From assembly GCA_963665845.2 (NCBI GenBank), contig OY762492.1, positions 352,001 through 416,000 on the forward strand: DNA of 64,000 bases, given 5' to 3'. Origin of the DNA: Candidatus Poribacteria bacterium. Lineage in GTDB: Bacteria > Poribacteria > WGA-4E > GCA-2687025. Positions within the stretch are counted from its first letter, which is position 1; each line of letters begins with the position of its first letter. Positions 19,159 to 30,285 of the stretch are shown here, one piece after another. The position numbers and the translations under genes were made by a program. The notes beneath the pieces are model-generated. The model ran no database searches. It was given only the letters and a program-made list of their open reading frames with translations, and was not told where the DNA came from.

Positions 19159-20975
19159 GATTGGCGCGTGTTTTATGCGCGGCGGCCCTGTTCGGAGGCG
19201 CGCTGAACGGATCCGCGTTTTATCAGGATTACGGCGACATCTCGATCGAACTGATGAGCTCTATTAGCGGAGCCAGCGGATTTAAGACCCATGGCTACGC
19301 GGCTCTCCGCATTAAAGCAACCAATAGATCTCCCGACAAGGCGCATCGGGTCGAGATACGCTTCCCGAACGAAGGCGGCAGATCCTTCTGGGGTCCAGGG
19401 CAACTTAAAAGCTTTTCCAAGACGATTGATGTCGCTCCCGACTCAACCGCAGAAGCCTACTTTTATCAACCGTCGATACTCCTAGACGGCGACGCTCATG
19501 AAGCGGTTGTGTATATTGACGGAGAAAAGCAGGCTCAGAATATTCATGCGTTTGGCATATCCTCGCATGGCGCTGTCGGTACGTTCAGCAGTTCATCCGG
19601 CGGCTCATGGGTCAATCCTCGAGAAGAGCCGACCGTGTCGTTTGGCGCGATTCGAGAGAGCAGTATTCCCGGATCTTCCAAAGTCAACTCATGGGATCGC
19701 CGTTCATTTGATTCATTTGATTCAACCTGGCTCGCCTATTCTGGTTACGACGGCATTGTTCTGGCTCTTTCCGAAGCCAAAACGTTGAGCGCCGAGGAAC
19801 GCGCCGCGCTCTGGGAGTATGTGAAAGCCGGCGGGTCGCTCGCCGTCATGGGAATAGGGCAATTGCCCGATGACTGGGCGCGGTTGGACAGCCGTTTGGC
19901 AAATCGAGAACTGGTCATGGATGTTTCTGAGCGGTATGAAGTCGGGTTTGGAATTCTTTTTTTGGCGGGACCGCCGTTCTTTCCGACATCGTCCCGCCCC
20001 GCCGTTCATACCGCGATTTACGATTCATGGTTTGAAACGCAAAAGCCCTGGCTGCGAATCTACACCGCCGCCGGCGCCAACACAGCCCTTCCTGTCTCGA
20101 AGCCGGTCGACACACGAGCAAGTTTCCGCCGCATGTTTTTTCTGTCGCTTCTTTTTGCGGCGATTATCGGACCACTAAACATCGCCGTTCTGCGGCGAAA
20201 GAAACAGATGATGCGGCTTTACTGGACGACGCCCGCTATTTCCTTGACCGCCTGTTTGCTGTTCGTTCTTTATTTCGCCGTCTTTGAAGGTCCGGTCAAG
20301 TATATGCGCGTCGCCAGCTTGACGATGATTGACCAGGAGGCGCGCTTGGCGACGACGCTCGGCTGGCTCGGTTTCTATTCGCCGTTTGCGGAGCCTGAAG
20401 GGCTTCTCTTTGACGAAGTAACGGAGCTGACGCTGCAGCAGGAGGGGTTGCCCAGATTTGGCCCGATGGCGGTAGGTACGGCGGCAGGCATGGACAGGAC
20501 AGGTTCCGTTGACTGGACGGACGGACAGCGGTGGTCGGGCGGATGGATTCAGCCCCGCGTCCCGCTGCATTTCAAACTGCGCAAGAGTGAATCCCGCCCC
20601 GAACGCATTGACCTCAAAAGAGAGGGCGGCGATATAAAGGTCATCAACCGCCTCGGCGCCCGCGTCAAAGCGTTCTGGTACGCCGACGATGAAGGCGGAG
20701 TTTATCGAGCGGACGACATTCCGAAAGGCGCCGAAGCCGTTTTAACCAAAACAACAGGCGCGCCGATCGGCTCAAAGAAGCTGCGCGATGTGTACGCCCG
20801 CTGGGACTGGGTCGCCGAGATTGAAAAATTGAAGGCGTCGCCCGCGGCGTATCTTCAACATGGCTGGTATTTCGCCGAGCTGGAAGAGAACGTTTTTGTG
20901 GAGAAGGCGATGAAGGGCGCGGAGATGCTGCCGTCCACATGCCTTGTGTTGGGCGCATTGGAGGAATCGAAATGA
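19155..20975 (+). CDS. Array paralog 3
   Basis: GGAGG RBS, ATGA overlap with paralog 2 stop; same motifs. Confidence 0.85.
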   Translation: MRLARVLCAAALFGGALNGSAFYQDYGDISIELMSSISGASGFKTHGYAALRIKATNRSPDKAHRVEIRFPNEGGRSFWGPGQLKSFSKTIDVAPDSTAEAYFYQPSILLDGDAHEAVVYIDGEKQAQNIHAFGISSHGAVGTFSSSSGGSWVNPREEPTVSFGAIRESSIPGSSKVNSWDRRSFDSFDSTWLAYSGYDGIVLALSEAKTLSAEERAALWEYVKAGGSLAVMGIGQLPDDWARLDSRLANRELVMDVSERYEVGFGILFLAGPPFFPTSSRPAVHTAIYDSWFETQKPWLRIYTAAGANTALPVSKPVDTRASFRRMFFLSLLFAAIIGPLNIAVLRRKKQMMRLYWTTPAISLTACLLFVLYFAVFEGPVKYMRVASLTMIDQEARLATTLGWLGFYSPFAEPEGLLFDEVTELTLQQEGLPRFGPMAVGTAAGMDRTGSVDWTDGQRWSGGWIQPRVPLHFKLRKSESRPERIDLKREGGDIKVINRLGARVKAFWYADDEGGVYRADDIPKGAEAVLTKTTGAPIGSKKLRDVYARWDWVAEIEKLKASPAAYLQHGWYFAELEENVFVEKAMKGAEMLPSTCLVLGALEESK

Positions 20976-22792
20976 GATTGGCGCGCGTCTTGTGCGCGGC
21001 GGCGCTGCTCGGATGCGCGCTGAACGGATCCGCGTTTTATCAGGATTACGGCGACATCTCGATCGAACTGATGAGCTCTATTAGCGGAGCCAGCGGATTT
21101 AAGACCCATGGCTACGCGGCTCTCCGCATTAAAGCAACCAATAGATCTCCCGACAAGGCGCATCGGGTCGAGATACGCTTCCCGAACGAAGGCGGCAGAT
21201 CCTTCTGGGGTCCAGGGCAACTTAAAAGCTTTTCCAAGACGATTGATGTCGCTCCCGACTCAACCGCAGAAGCCTACTTTTATCAACCGTCGATACTCCT
21301 AGACGGCGACGCTCATGAAGCGGTTGTGTATATTGACGGAGAAAAGCAGGCTCAGAATATTCATGCGTTTGGCATATCCTCGCATGGCGCTGTCGGTACG
21401 TTCAGCAGTTCATCCGGCGGCTCATGGGTCAATCCTCGAGAAGAGCCGACCGTGTCGTTTGGCGCGATTCGAGAGAGCAGTATTCCCGGATCTTCCAAAG
21501 TCAACTCATGGGATCGCCGTTTATTTGATTCATTTGATTCAACCTGGCTCGCCTATTCTGGTTACGACGGCATTGTTCTGGCTCTTTCCGAAGCCAAAAC
21601 GTTGAGCGCCGAGGAACGCGCCGCGCTCTGGGAGTATGTGAAAGCCGGCGGATCGCTCGCCGTGATGGGAATAGGGCGGCTGTCCGATGATTGGGCGCGG
21701 CTGGACAGCCGTTTGACGAATCGAGAACTGGTCGGCGACACTTCTGAACAGTATGAAATCGGATTTGGACTGCTTTTTCTGTCGGGTCCGCCGTACTTTC
21801 CGACCGCGGCCCGCCCGACCATTCATACAGCGATTTACGATTCATGGCTTGAAACGCAAGGAACCTGGCTGCGAATCTACACCGCGTCCGGCGCCAACAC
21901 AGTTTTCCCTGTCGCCGAGCCGTTCGACACCCTGGCAAGTTTCCGCCGCATGTTTTTTCTGGCGCTTCTTTTTGCGGCGATTATCGGACCACTAAACATC
22001 GCCGTTCTGCGGCGAAAGAAACAGATGATGCGGCTTTACTGGACGACGCCCGCTATTTCCTTGACCGCCTGTTTGCTGTTCGTTCTTTATTTCGCCGTCT
22101 TTGAAGGTCCGGTCAAGTATATGCGCGTCGCCAGCTTGACGATGATTGACCAGGAGGCGCGCTTGGCGACGACGCTCGGCTGGCTCGGTTTCTATTCGCC
22201 GTTTGCGGAGCCTGAAGGGCTTCTCTTTGACGAAACGACCGAGCTGACGCTGCAGCAGGAGGGGCTGCGCAGATTCAGCCCGATGGCGATAGGCGCATCG
22301 ACAGGAATGGAAAGGGGAGGTTCCGTCGACTGGACGGAGGGGCAGCGGTGGTCGGGCGGATGGATTCAGCCCCGCGTCCCGCTGCATTTCAAACTGCGCA
22401 AGAGCGAATCCCGCCCCGAACGCATTGACCTCAAAAAAGAGGGCGGCGATATAAAGGTTGTCAACCGCCTCGGCGCTCGCGTCAAGACATTCTGGTACGC
22501 CGACGATGAAGGCGGAGTTTATCGAGCGGACGACATTCCGAAAGGCGCCGAAGCCGTTTTAACCAAAACAACAGGCGCGCCGATCGGGTTGAAAAAGCTG
22601 CGCGATGTGTACGCGCGCTGGGACTGGGTCGCCGAGATTGAGAGGGTGAAGGCGAAGCCCGCGGCGTATCTTCAACCTGGATGGTATTATGCGGAGCTGG
22701 AAGAGAACGTGTTTGTGGAGAAGGCGCTGAAGGGCGCGGAGATGATGCCGTCCACGTCGCTGGTCATCGGGCAAATGGAGGAGAAGAAATGA
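20972..22792 (+). CDS. Array paralog 4
   Basis: ATGA overlap; 5' ~700 bp nearly identical to paralog 3. Confidence 0.85.
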   Translation: MRLARVLCAAALLGCALNGSAFYQDYGDISIELMSSISGASGFKTHGYAALRIKATNRSPDKAHRVEIRFPNEGGRSFWGPGQLKSFSKTIDVAPDSTAEAYFYQPSILLDGDAHEAVVYIDGEKQAQNIHAFGISSHGAVGTFSSSSGGSWVNPREEPTVSFGAIRESSIPGSSKVNSWDRRLFDSFDSTWLAYSGYDGIVLALSEAKTLSAEERAALWEYVKAGGSLAVMGIGRLSDDWARLDSRLTNRELVGDTSEQYEIGFGLLFLSGPPYFPTAARPTIHTAIYDSWLETQGTWLRIYTASGANTVFPVAEPFDTLASFRRMFFLALLFAAIIGPLNIAVLRRKKQMMRLYWTTPAISLTACLLFVLYFAVFEGPVKYMRVASLTMIDQEARLATTLGWLGFYSPFAEPEGLLFDETTELTLQQEGLRRFSPMAIGASTGMERGGSVDWTEGQRWSGGWIQPRVPLHFKLRKSESRPERIDLKKEGGDIKVVNRLGARVKTFWYADDEGGVYRADDIPKGAEAVLTKTTGAPIGLKKLRDVYARWDWVAEIERVKAKPAAYLQPGWYYAELEENVFVEKALKGAEMMPSTSLVIGQMEEKK

Positions 22793-24606
22793 GGGCGCGT
22801 TGTTTCCTTACCGCGCTTCTTTGCGCGAGCTTCTTCTGGAGCGTACCCTCAATCGCGCAAGTTTACGGCGATATCGAGATTGAATGGGAGCCGATCTACT
22901 CTACCCGCAGGAGACCCGGCATCCACGGCTACGGTATGCATCGTTTCAAAGTTGTCAATCGTTCGGCGTCCAAAACCCGACGCGTCGCGATTCAGGTACC
23001 TGCTGAAAACATGCGGCGCGGCATGCTCTCCATCCGCAGCGTCTCCAGTACCGCCGCGGTGCCTCCCCAGACAACCATGAGAATAAAGCTCTTCCAGCCG
23101 CCTTATCGAATGGGCGGCGGCGCGCGCGTGTCTATCGATGGCAGCCTGCAAGCTACGCCCATCGCTCAATCTTCCAGGAGCGCTATCGAACACGGCATAT
23201 CGCGGTATTATCGGGAGTCTGAAAATTGGGCGTTGGTCTCTCGAAATATCAAATGGCTGGAGCCGCGCGTATTGCTGAACGAGAACCTTGCCATTTCCAC
23301 TACGATGGCAGGCGGTCCGAAAACAGCGTTTGTCAACGGAGTCGTGGACGAATCGAACTGGCTGGCATACACCCCGTACCATGGCGTCGTCATGACTATA
23401 GAGCAGGCTAAGAAATTGAACCGCGATCAGCTGACCGCCCTGCGCAGATATGTGGAATGCGGCGGCTCTCTTGCGGTGGAAGGGATATGGGAGGAGGACG
23501 CGCGCCTGCCCGATAGTTGGGCTGCATTGGACAGCAGATTCGCAAACAGAGCCATTGACGGCTTTGAGAAGTTTGAGATCGGCTTTGGCGTTGTTTTCTT
23601 GACAAGAAACTTCTGGTACATCATCGCCGGAAGAAGGGATGGAAAACCGTACTTTGCCACCGTCATTCCAACCTCATGGCATGACGGCGGCAAAGCGTGG
23701 TGGAGGACGCCCACCATACAGGGCGCCAATGCAATTTTCCCGATGACAACGGAGTTCCGCTACGAGGATGCGATGCGGCGCATGTTCTATTTCATGCTTC
23801 TCGCCGCTTTGTTGATGGGACCCTTGCATATTTATCTCCTCAATCGAAAGAAACGTCTTAAATGGCTCTATTGGACAACCCCGCTGCTTTCGGCGTTCGT
23901 ATGCCTGGGCGTCGTTCTCTTCGCGGCGATGGAACTAGGGCGGAATAAACAGATGCGCGTCGCGAGCGTTACCTTTTTAGACCAGCGCTTCCAGAGCGCC
24001 GCCACTATCGGCTGGCTCGGCTTCTATTCGCCCATGACGACCATCCATGAGCTTCGCTTCGAGAGCAGTACCGAGTTGACTCCTCTTCTCCTGGACGGAA
24101 GCGATCTGTTGATCCAAGTAGGCGCCTCGGTCGGTACGATCGACTGGACAGACGGGCAGCGGCTCGCCGGCGGATGGGTACAAGCGGGCGTCCCCCTCCA
24201 CTTCAAACTGCGCAAAAACGAAGACCGCCCCGAACGCATCGACATCAAAAGAGAGGGCGGCGATATAAAGGTTGTCAACCGGCTCGGCGCGCGCGTCAAA
24301 GCTTTCTGGTACGCCGACGCTGAAGGCGGGGTTTATCAAGCGGCTGACATTCCGAAAGGCGCCGAAGCCGTTTTAACGAAAACAACAGGCGTACAGATCG
24401 GCTCAAAGAAGCTGCGCAGCGTGTACGCCTCTCCAAACTGGGTTGATGAGATTGAAGCGGTCAAGGCGAAGCCCGCGGCGTATCTTCAACCTGGGCAGTA
24501 TTTCGCCGAGCTGGAAGAGAATGTGTTTGTGGAGAAGGCGCTGAAGGGCGCGGAGATGCTGCCGTCCACATGCCTTGTGTTGGGCGCATTGGAGGGATCG
24601 AAATGA
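22789..24606 (+). CDS. Array paralog 5
   Basis: ATGA overlap; divergent N-half, conserved C-domain. Confidence 0.85.
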   Translation: MRARCFLTALLCASFFWSVPSIAQVYGDIEIEWEPIYSTRRRPGIHGYGMHRFKVVNRSASKTRRVAIQVPAENMRRGMLSIRSVSSTAAVPPQTTMRIKLFQPPYRMGGGARVSIDGSLQATPIAQSSRSAIEHGISRYYRESENWALVSRNIKWLEPRVLLNENLAISTTMAGGPKTAFVNGVVDESNWLAYTPYHGVVMTIEQAKKLNRDQLTALRRYVECGGSLAVEGIWEEDARLPDSWAALDSRFANRAIDGFEKFEIGFGVVFLTRNFWYIIAGRRDGKPYFATVIPTSWHDGGKAWWRTPTIQGANAIFPMTTEFRYEDAMRRMFYFMLLAALLMGPLHIYLLNRKKRLKWLYWTTPLLSAFVCLGVVLFAAMELGRNKQMRVASVTFLDQRFQSAATIGWLGFYSPMTTIHELRFESSTELTPLLLDGSDLLIQVGASVGTIDWTDGQRLAGGWVQAGVPLHFKLRKNEDRPERIDIKREGGDIKVVNRLGARVKAFWYADAEGGVYQAADIPKGAEAVLTKTTGVQIGSKKLRSVYASPNWVDEIEAVKAKPAAYLQPGQYFAELEENVFVEKALKGAEMLPSTCLVLGALEGSK

Positions 24607-26396
24607 GATTGGCGCGCGTCTTGTGCGCGGCGGCGCTGCTCGGATGCGCGCTGAACGGATCCGCGTTTTATCAGGATTACGGCGACATCTCAATCGAATT
24701 GAACAGTTCTATTAGCGGAGCCGGCGGCTTTACGAGTCGCGGCTACGCCGCTGTCCGCATTACAGCGGCGAACAGCTCTCCCGACAAGGCGCATCGGGTC
24801 GAGATACGCTTCCCGCTCGAAGGAGGATTTTCCATTTCGGGGCCGGGGAGGCTCAAAAGTTTCTCCAAGACGATACAGATCGCTCCCGACTCAACCGCGG
24901 AAGTCTACATCTATCAACCGCGCATATTTCCAGACTTCGAATCCGCCGATGAAGGGGTTGTGTATATTGACGGAGAGAAGCAAGCGCAGAATGTGCGCGC
25001 GATGTTCTCTGGGGGCGGCGGTTGGCTCGCCAGTTCGGGCGGCGGCTCATGGACCGATTATCATATGGATCCGAGCGTGTCGTTTGGCGCGATTGATGTG
25101 AGCAGTTTTCCGGTAACTACTAAAATCAGCGCATGGACTCGCCGTTCATTCGATTCAACCTGGCTCGCTTATTCAGGTTATGACGGCATGGTACTGTCTC
25201 TTTCCGAAGCCAATACGTTGGGCGCCGATGAACGCGCCGCCCTCTGGGAGTATGTGAAAACCGGCGGGTCGCTCGCCGTGATGGGAATAGGGCGGCTGTC
25301 CGATGACTGGGCGCGGATGGACAGCCGTTTGACGAATCGAGAACTGGTCGGCGACGCTTCTGAACAGTATGAAATCGGGTTTGGACTGCTTTTTTTGTCG
25401 GGTCCGGCGTTCTTTCCGACCTCGTCCCGCCCCTCGATTCATACCGCAATTTACGATTCATGGCTTGAAACGCAAAAACCCTGGCTGCGAATCTACACCG
25501 CCGCCGGCGCAAACACAGCCCTTCCTGTCTCGGAGCCGGTCGACACCAGGGCAAGTTTCCGCCGCATGTTTTTCCTGTCGCTTCTGTTTGCGGCGATTAT
25601 CGGACCCTTGAACATCGCCCTTCTGCGGCGAAAGAAACAGATGACGCGGCTTTACTGGACGACGCCCGCCATTTCCTTGACCGCCTGTTTGCTGTTCGTT
25701 CTTTATTTCGCCGTTTTTGAAGGACCAAGGAAGTATATGCGCGTCTCCAGCTTAACGCTGATTGACCAGGAGTCGCGTTCGGCGGCGACGCTCGGCTGGA
25801 TCGGTTTCTATTCGCCGTTTGCGGAGCCTGAAGGGCTTCTCTTTGACGAAGTAACGGAGCTGACGCTGCAGCAGAAGGGGATGGACACATTCAGACCGAG
25901 AGCGATAGGCGCAGCGGCGGGCATGGACAGGGCAGGTTCCGTCGACTGGACGGAGGGGCAGCGGTGGTCGGGCGGATGGATTCAGCCCCGCGTCCCGCTG
26001 CATTTTAAACTGCGCAAGAGCGAATCCCGCCCCGAACGCATCGACATCAAAAAAGAGGACGGCGCCTTAAAGGTTGTCAACCGCCTCGGCGCGCGCGTCA
26101 AGACGTTCTGGTACGCCGACGCTGAAGGCGGGGTTTATCAAGCGGCTGACATCCCGAAAGGCGCCGAAGCCGCTTTAACCAAAACAACAGGCGCGCCCAT
26201 CGGCTCGAAGAAGCTGCGCGATGTGTACGTCTCCCAAGACTGGGTTGCCGAGATCGAGGCGGCGAGGAAATCTCCAGCGGCGTATCTTCAACCTGGATGG
26301 TATTTTGCCGAGCTGGAAGAGAACGTTTTTGTGGAGAAGGCGATGAGAGGCGCGGAGATGATGCCGTCCGCGTCGCTTGTCATCGGGAAGTTTTAA
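24603..26396 (+). CDS. Array paralog 6
   Basis: ATGA overlap; mosaic of paralog 3-like and 4-like blocks. Confidence 0.85.
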   Translation: MRLARVLCAAALLGCALNGSAFYQDYGDISIELNSSISGAGGFTSRGYAAVRITAANSSPDKAHRVEIRFPLEGGFSISGPGRLKSFSKTIQIAPDSTAEVYIYQPRIFPDFESADEGVVYIDGEKQAQNVRAMFSGGGGWLASSGGGSWTDYHMDPSVSFGAIDVSSFPVTTKISAWTRRSFDSTWLAYSGYDGMVLSLSEANTLGADERAALWEYVKTGGSLAVMGIGRLSDDWARMDSRLTNRELVGDASEQYEIGFGLLFLSGPAFFPTSSRPSIHTAIYDSWLETQKPWLRIYTAAGANTALPVSEPVDTRASFRRMFFLSLLFAAIIGPLNIALLRRKKQMTRLYWTTPAISLTACLLFVLYFAVFEGPRKYMRVSSLTLIDQESRSAATLGWIGFYSPFAEPEGLLFDEVTELTLQQKGMDTFRPRAIGAAAGMDRAGSVDWTEGQRWSGGWIQPRVPLHFKLRKSESRPERIDIKKEDGALKVVNRLGARVKTFWYADAEGGVYQAADIPKGAEAALTKTTGAPIGSKKLRDVYVSQDWVAEIEAARKSPAAYLQPGWYFAELEENVFVEKAMRGAEMMPSASLVIGKF

Positions 26397-26453
26397 CGCC
26401 CGCCCGTCAGCGCTACAATAGGTCTTCAGCCTAAAACGGAGCAGCGATGCGGC

Positions 26454-27560
26454 ATGTCTGAAATGGAACCGGAACGGGAGATATGGGCGGCGCAGTCCGT
26501 TTGGATGGGTTGGGCGTCTCTCGCCGCGGCGCTTGCCGCCGCCTTGACGGCGCCTCTGTTTGCGTTGTCGGGGCATTCCATTCCCGCCGCCGTTCTTATT
26601 CTCGCCGCGGTTGCCGCCGTGTCGCGCGCCGCTTGGAAACGCTCCGGCTACCGATACTCCATGACCGCCTTGACGCTGCGCAGGGAGCGGTTCTCCTTCC
26701 GCAAACATGACCGCGAAACGGCGTATCTTCCGCTTGCCGCCGTTGAGCGTCTAGAGATCAAGCGCAGCGCGTGGCAGCGGGCGTTGGGCGTCGGCGACAT
26801 ACTTCTATACGCGCACAGCGTCCCCTCCCCCGTGATGCGCCTGATCAATATCAGCGAGCCTGAAACAGCCGCCCGGCGCATTCAACATCAGATGAGCGGG
26901 ACGCCTGTAAAGGCTGTTCCGTCCGCCGCCGTCCATCCGCCTATCCCCGTTGAACAGCTTTTAGCGCGGGACGAGCGGCGCGTTCAACGCGCGCTGTCTA
27001 TTGCGGCCGCAGCGTTGGTATTGACGGGCGCCCTTGCCGCCGCGCTGTATGCCGTCTCTCAAAGGGAGAGCGGCATTCAGCCCGTCTACGCCGAAAACGA
27101 CCCGATCTACCATCCGGACGGGACGCGCAAGCCGTTCTTGTCGGTCAAGGCGTACATGCAGACCCGCGTCATGCCGTTCGCCAAAGAGGCGCTGGGTCCT
27201 GTCGTAGGCGATGAAAATGTGCGGTGCGAAACATGCCATGGAGAGAACCCGGAGGCGCGCCGATACCGCATGCCCGCCGTCGCCGCCCTGCCGAACAGCC
27301 GCCGTCCAGGGAAGTCGGCGCTGCGCTCCGCCGCCTCAACCGACCTGCAGATACACAACGCGATTGTCGGACATGCGCATGACTTTGAAAACGCGCCGAT
27401 TGCGGAACAGATGCGGCGCGTTGTGCTGCCGGGCATGGCAAAACTGCTCAATCGACCCGTCTACGACCGCGCCAAAACGTACCAGTTCAACAAAGCGAAC
27501 GCCGCCTTCGGCTGCTACCATTGCCATCAGCTGAATAAATCGCAAAGCGAAGAGAACTGA
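26454..27560 (+). CDS. Membrane protein: bacterial PH (bPH_2-like) domain fused to a di-heme c-type cytochrome domain
   Basis: Two N-terminal TMs, Y.MT...V..LEIKRSAWQRALGVGDI PH pattern, third TM, CETCH and CYHCH. Confidence 0.7.
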   Translation: MSEMEPEREIWAAQSVWMGWASLAAALAAALTAPLFALSGHSIPAAVLILAAVAAVSRAAWKRSGYRYSMTALTLRRERFSFRKHDRETAYLPLAAVERLEIKRSAWQRALGVGDILLYAHSVPSPVMRLINISEPETAARRIQHQMSGTPVKAVPSAAVHPPIPVEQLLARDERRVQRALSIAAAALVLTGALAAALYAVSQRESGIQPVYAENDPIYHPDGTRKPFLSVKAYMQTRVMPFAKEALGPVVGDENVRCETCHGENPEARRYRMPAVAALPNSRRPGKSALRSAASTDLQIHNAIVGHAHDFENAPIAEQMRRVVLPGMAKLLNRPVYDRAKTYQFNKANAAFGCYHCHQLNKSQSEEN

Positions 27561-27683
27561 CCTGGCGACCTGCAAACCGCCATTCTCCGGAAGCGGGAAT
27601 GACGAATCGCCGACGCGGACGCGCATGTCCGCGCGGAGGAGGGGATGACAGACGACGTTCGCGCGCTTTTGCGTTCAGCGGGC

Positions 27684-28508
27684 TTACAGATGGAACGCCT
27701 TGCGCAGCCGTTCCGCCGATTTCGGCGCCGCCGTATGCGCATCCTCCTTGCCTTCAAACTCGATGGAGATCCAGCCGTTGAAGCCGGCGTCCCGCAATAT
27801 CTGCGCGATGCGGGAGTAGTCCAAATCCAGCGAGTACCAGACGCCGCCGCCGTAGTAGGTCTTGGCGTGAACCAGTACCGCCGACGGGGCGATCTGTTCC
27901 AGTTTTTCATACGGCTCTTCCAAGAAGTTTCCGCAGTCCATCGCTCCCCTCAGCCATTCGGACGGCAGCGCCTTCAAGATGCGGTTGACCCCCTCCGGCT
28001 GCGAGGTCAACCCCCAGTGATTCTCCAGCGCCAGCAGTACCCCATGCCGCTCCGCATGCGGCAGGCATTTCTCGATGCTCTCGATGCACCAATCGAAAGC
28101 GTCGTCCTCTGTGTACCCGTCCAGAGCCGGCTCAACGCCGCCCAGCTCCATCAGCCGTGTGAACGATTTGACCGTCCCCCATCGCCCCGAATTGAGGCGG
28201 ATCGACGGAATGCCCATCTCATGCGCCAGCTCTATGCATCGACGTGTATGGTCGATATTTTTTTGGCGCGTTTCGGAAGAGGGCGAGACGAACCCTTGAT
28301 GAATCGAGAGCGCGTACAGGTCAAGCCCGTTCACAAAAGCGCGCCGTTTCAGCCGCTGCATGTAGCCGATCTCTTCCGATTCCATCTGCCGATGCAGTAT
28401 CTCCACCCCGTCCAGCCCGATGCGCGCCGCCTCATCGATCACATGCTCAATGGGCGTTTTTTCTGGGGTAAAGTGCCAGTAAGAGTATGTCGCCACGCCA
28501 AGTTTCAT
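27684..28508 (-). CDS. Sugar phosphate isomerase/epimerase (xylose isomerase-like TIM barrel)
   Basis: GLDGVE, LALENH, MDCGN, VHAK, SIEFEG. Confidence 0.88.
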   Translation of the reverse strand: MKLGVATYSYWHFTPEKTPIEHVIDEAARIGLDGVEILHRQMESEEIGYMQRLKRRAFVNGLDLYALSIHQGFVSPSSETRQKNIDHTRRCIELAHEMGIPSIRLNSGRWGTVKSFTRLMELGGVEPALDGYTEDDAFDWCIESIEKCLPHAERHGVLLALENHWGLTSQPEGVNRILKALPSEWLRGAMDCGNFLEEPYEKLEQIAPSAVLVHAKTYYGGGVWYSLDLDYSRIAQILRDAGFNGWISIEFEGKEDAHTAAPKSAERLRKAFHL

Positions 28509-30085
28509 GGCGTCGTCCTTTCTAAAATTTCGTAGATGCCGTATGCTCCGAACCGTTCGATTTCGCGGAACCGCGACGGATAGATTTCAATCAGCTGCGC
28601 GATATGCCCATGTCCTGGGCTTGCGACCGCATGCGTCCCGCCGACCCGCTCAATGGACGCCCATTTCATGTCATGCCGATCCTTTACCCACGGGACGGTG
28701 TAGGTCGGGCGCTCCGCCGTAATGATGCCGTACGGGGCGCGGTTTGCGATGAGTACCGCGTCGTCGGGAGCGTTCTCTTTAACCCAAACGAACGCCGCCA
28801 TGTAGTCCGCCATACCGCCTTGATAGTAAGGGACGGCGCGCTCCCGTTTGACCGCCGCGGAGAGGCTAGAGCCGTTTGAAAACAGAAAGCCGACCGCCGC
28901 CGCCGTCAAAAAAACGGCGATGGAGACGTTGCGAAACAGCGTACCCGCGAGCGTTTTAAAGCGCGACGCCGTCCATTCTAAAAGAGACGCAAACGGCGTC
29001 AACGCATAGAAAAAAATCATCGGAAGTATCGGAACCAGAAACCGCTCTCCCTGATTCGCCGGCCAAAGCAGGAAAACGGCGGCGTATAAAACGGCGTAAT
29101 ACTCCATAACGCCGCGCCGTCGAAACAGCGACAAAGCCCATCCAAGACATGCCAGCCCCGCCAACAGATACGCCGACGCGCCGCTTCGCGCCTTTCTGCC
29201 GGTCAAAAGGGAGGCGGTCAGGTTGATGTAGTGAACGGCGTTGCGTTTCAAGCGCGCTGCGAACTCTGCGCTGTTGATCGTTTCGGAGGTCGGGTCGGTC
29301 GCGCTGTTGACAATCAGCTCGCGTTCATAGGTGGCGGCTTCCCACAGCTCGGCGCCTTCGTCCGACTTGACCAGCGCGTTCCTGCCCATCCACGCGCAGA
29401 CAACGAGAGCCATGACGCCGAGGACGACGCCCGCCCGTTTCAAACGCTCCTGGATCGGCTCGTTCTCTTTCTCTTCGGCGCCCTCTTCTACGTTTTCCTC
29501 CGCGCTCCTTTTCATGTCGATAAGCAGGCTCAACGCAAACGCCGGGGCGAGTATGAACCCGACGATGCGTATCGAATAGCTGGCGGCGGCGAGAGCGGCC
29601 GCCGTCCAGAACATGCGCCGACTCGGTTCAGAACGGTACTTTTCCATCGCCAGCAGCGCGCCCAGCGACGCGAACATATACGGCAGATCGGACAGAACGC
29701 GCGTCGCCTCAAAATACATGGCGTAACAGACGGCGGTCATGACGGCTGCCGCCAGCGCGAACCCGAAAGAGGCGCTTTTGCGTATGAGAGAAAACGCCGC
29801 CGCGATGGATCCGACAGCGCACGCCGCGATGAGCGCGCGCATCAACAGATAATTTTTCCCAAAAAGAAACAGAATCGGCGTCAACAGCAGCGGAAAGCCC
29901 GGCGGATATTTCACATGCGGATCGCCCAGATACGAGTAACCCTTCCCCTCCGCCAACGACTGCGCAAGCGTGATATACGTTCCGCTGTCCCATGTCGGCT
30001 TCCAATACGGGACGACGAGAGGCGCGTACAGCGCGGCTGCCGCTATGAGTATCCAGAACGCCGGCATTTTATGTAAGCGTTTCAT
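28505..30085 (-). CDS. GT-C fold membrane glycosyltransferase (ArnT/PMT-like)
   Basis: [19 protein letters not shown], multiple TMs, ERFLVPILP. Confidence 0.82.
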   Translation of the reverse strand: MKRLHKMPAFWILIAAAALYAPLVVPYWKPTWDSGTYITLAQSLAEGKGYSYLGDPHVKYPPGFPLLLTPILFLFGKNYLLMRALIAACAVGSIAAAFSLIRKSASFGFALAAAVMTAVCYAMYFEATRVLSDLPYMFASLGALLAMEKYRSEPSRRMFWTAAALAAASYSIRIVGFILAPAFALSLLIDMKRSAEENVEEGAEEKENEPIQERLKRAGVVLGVMALVVCAWMGRNALVKSDEGAELWEAATYERELIVNSATDPTSETINSAEFAARLKRNAVHYINLTASLLTGRKARSGASAYLLAGLACLGWALSLFRRRGVMEYYAVLYAAVFLLWPANQGERFLVPILPMIFFYALTPFASLLEWTASRFKTLAGTLFRNVSIAVFLTAAAVGFLFSNGSSLSAAVKRERAVPYYQGGMADYMAAFVWVKENAPDDAVLIANRAPYGIITAERPTYTVPWVKDRHDMKWASIERVGGTHAVASPGHGHIAQLIEIYPSRFREIERFGAYGIYEILERTTP

Positions 30086-30153
30086 ATCGTCCGCTCCTGC
30101 GCGTTCTTTCAGTATAGCCGCATTGCCGCTGTTGTTGAAGCGCGCCTCGTATC

Positions 30154-30177
30154 GTCATTCCCGTGAAAACGGGAATC
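30154..30177. repeat. REP-like palindrome
   Basis: GTCATTCCCGTGAAAACGGGAATC. Confidence 0.85.
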
Positions 30178-30285
30178 TTAAGGCTCCGCAAGATGCGTAA
30201 GATAGACGCGGAGCCGCCATTTGTGTAACATGGCGGCGCTGCGCAACCGCCTCGAAATGAACCTGAGCTGAACAAGGAGCGAGAA

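Noticed and set aside
15266-26396. Diversity-generating retroelement or shufflon
   Set aside because: No reverse transcriptase or recombinase, differences are not adenine-specific, and all copies are intact co-oriented genes
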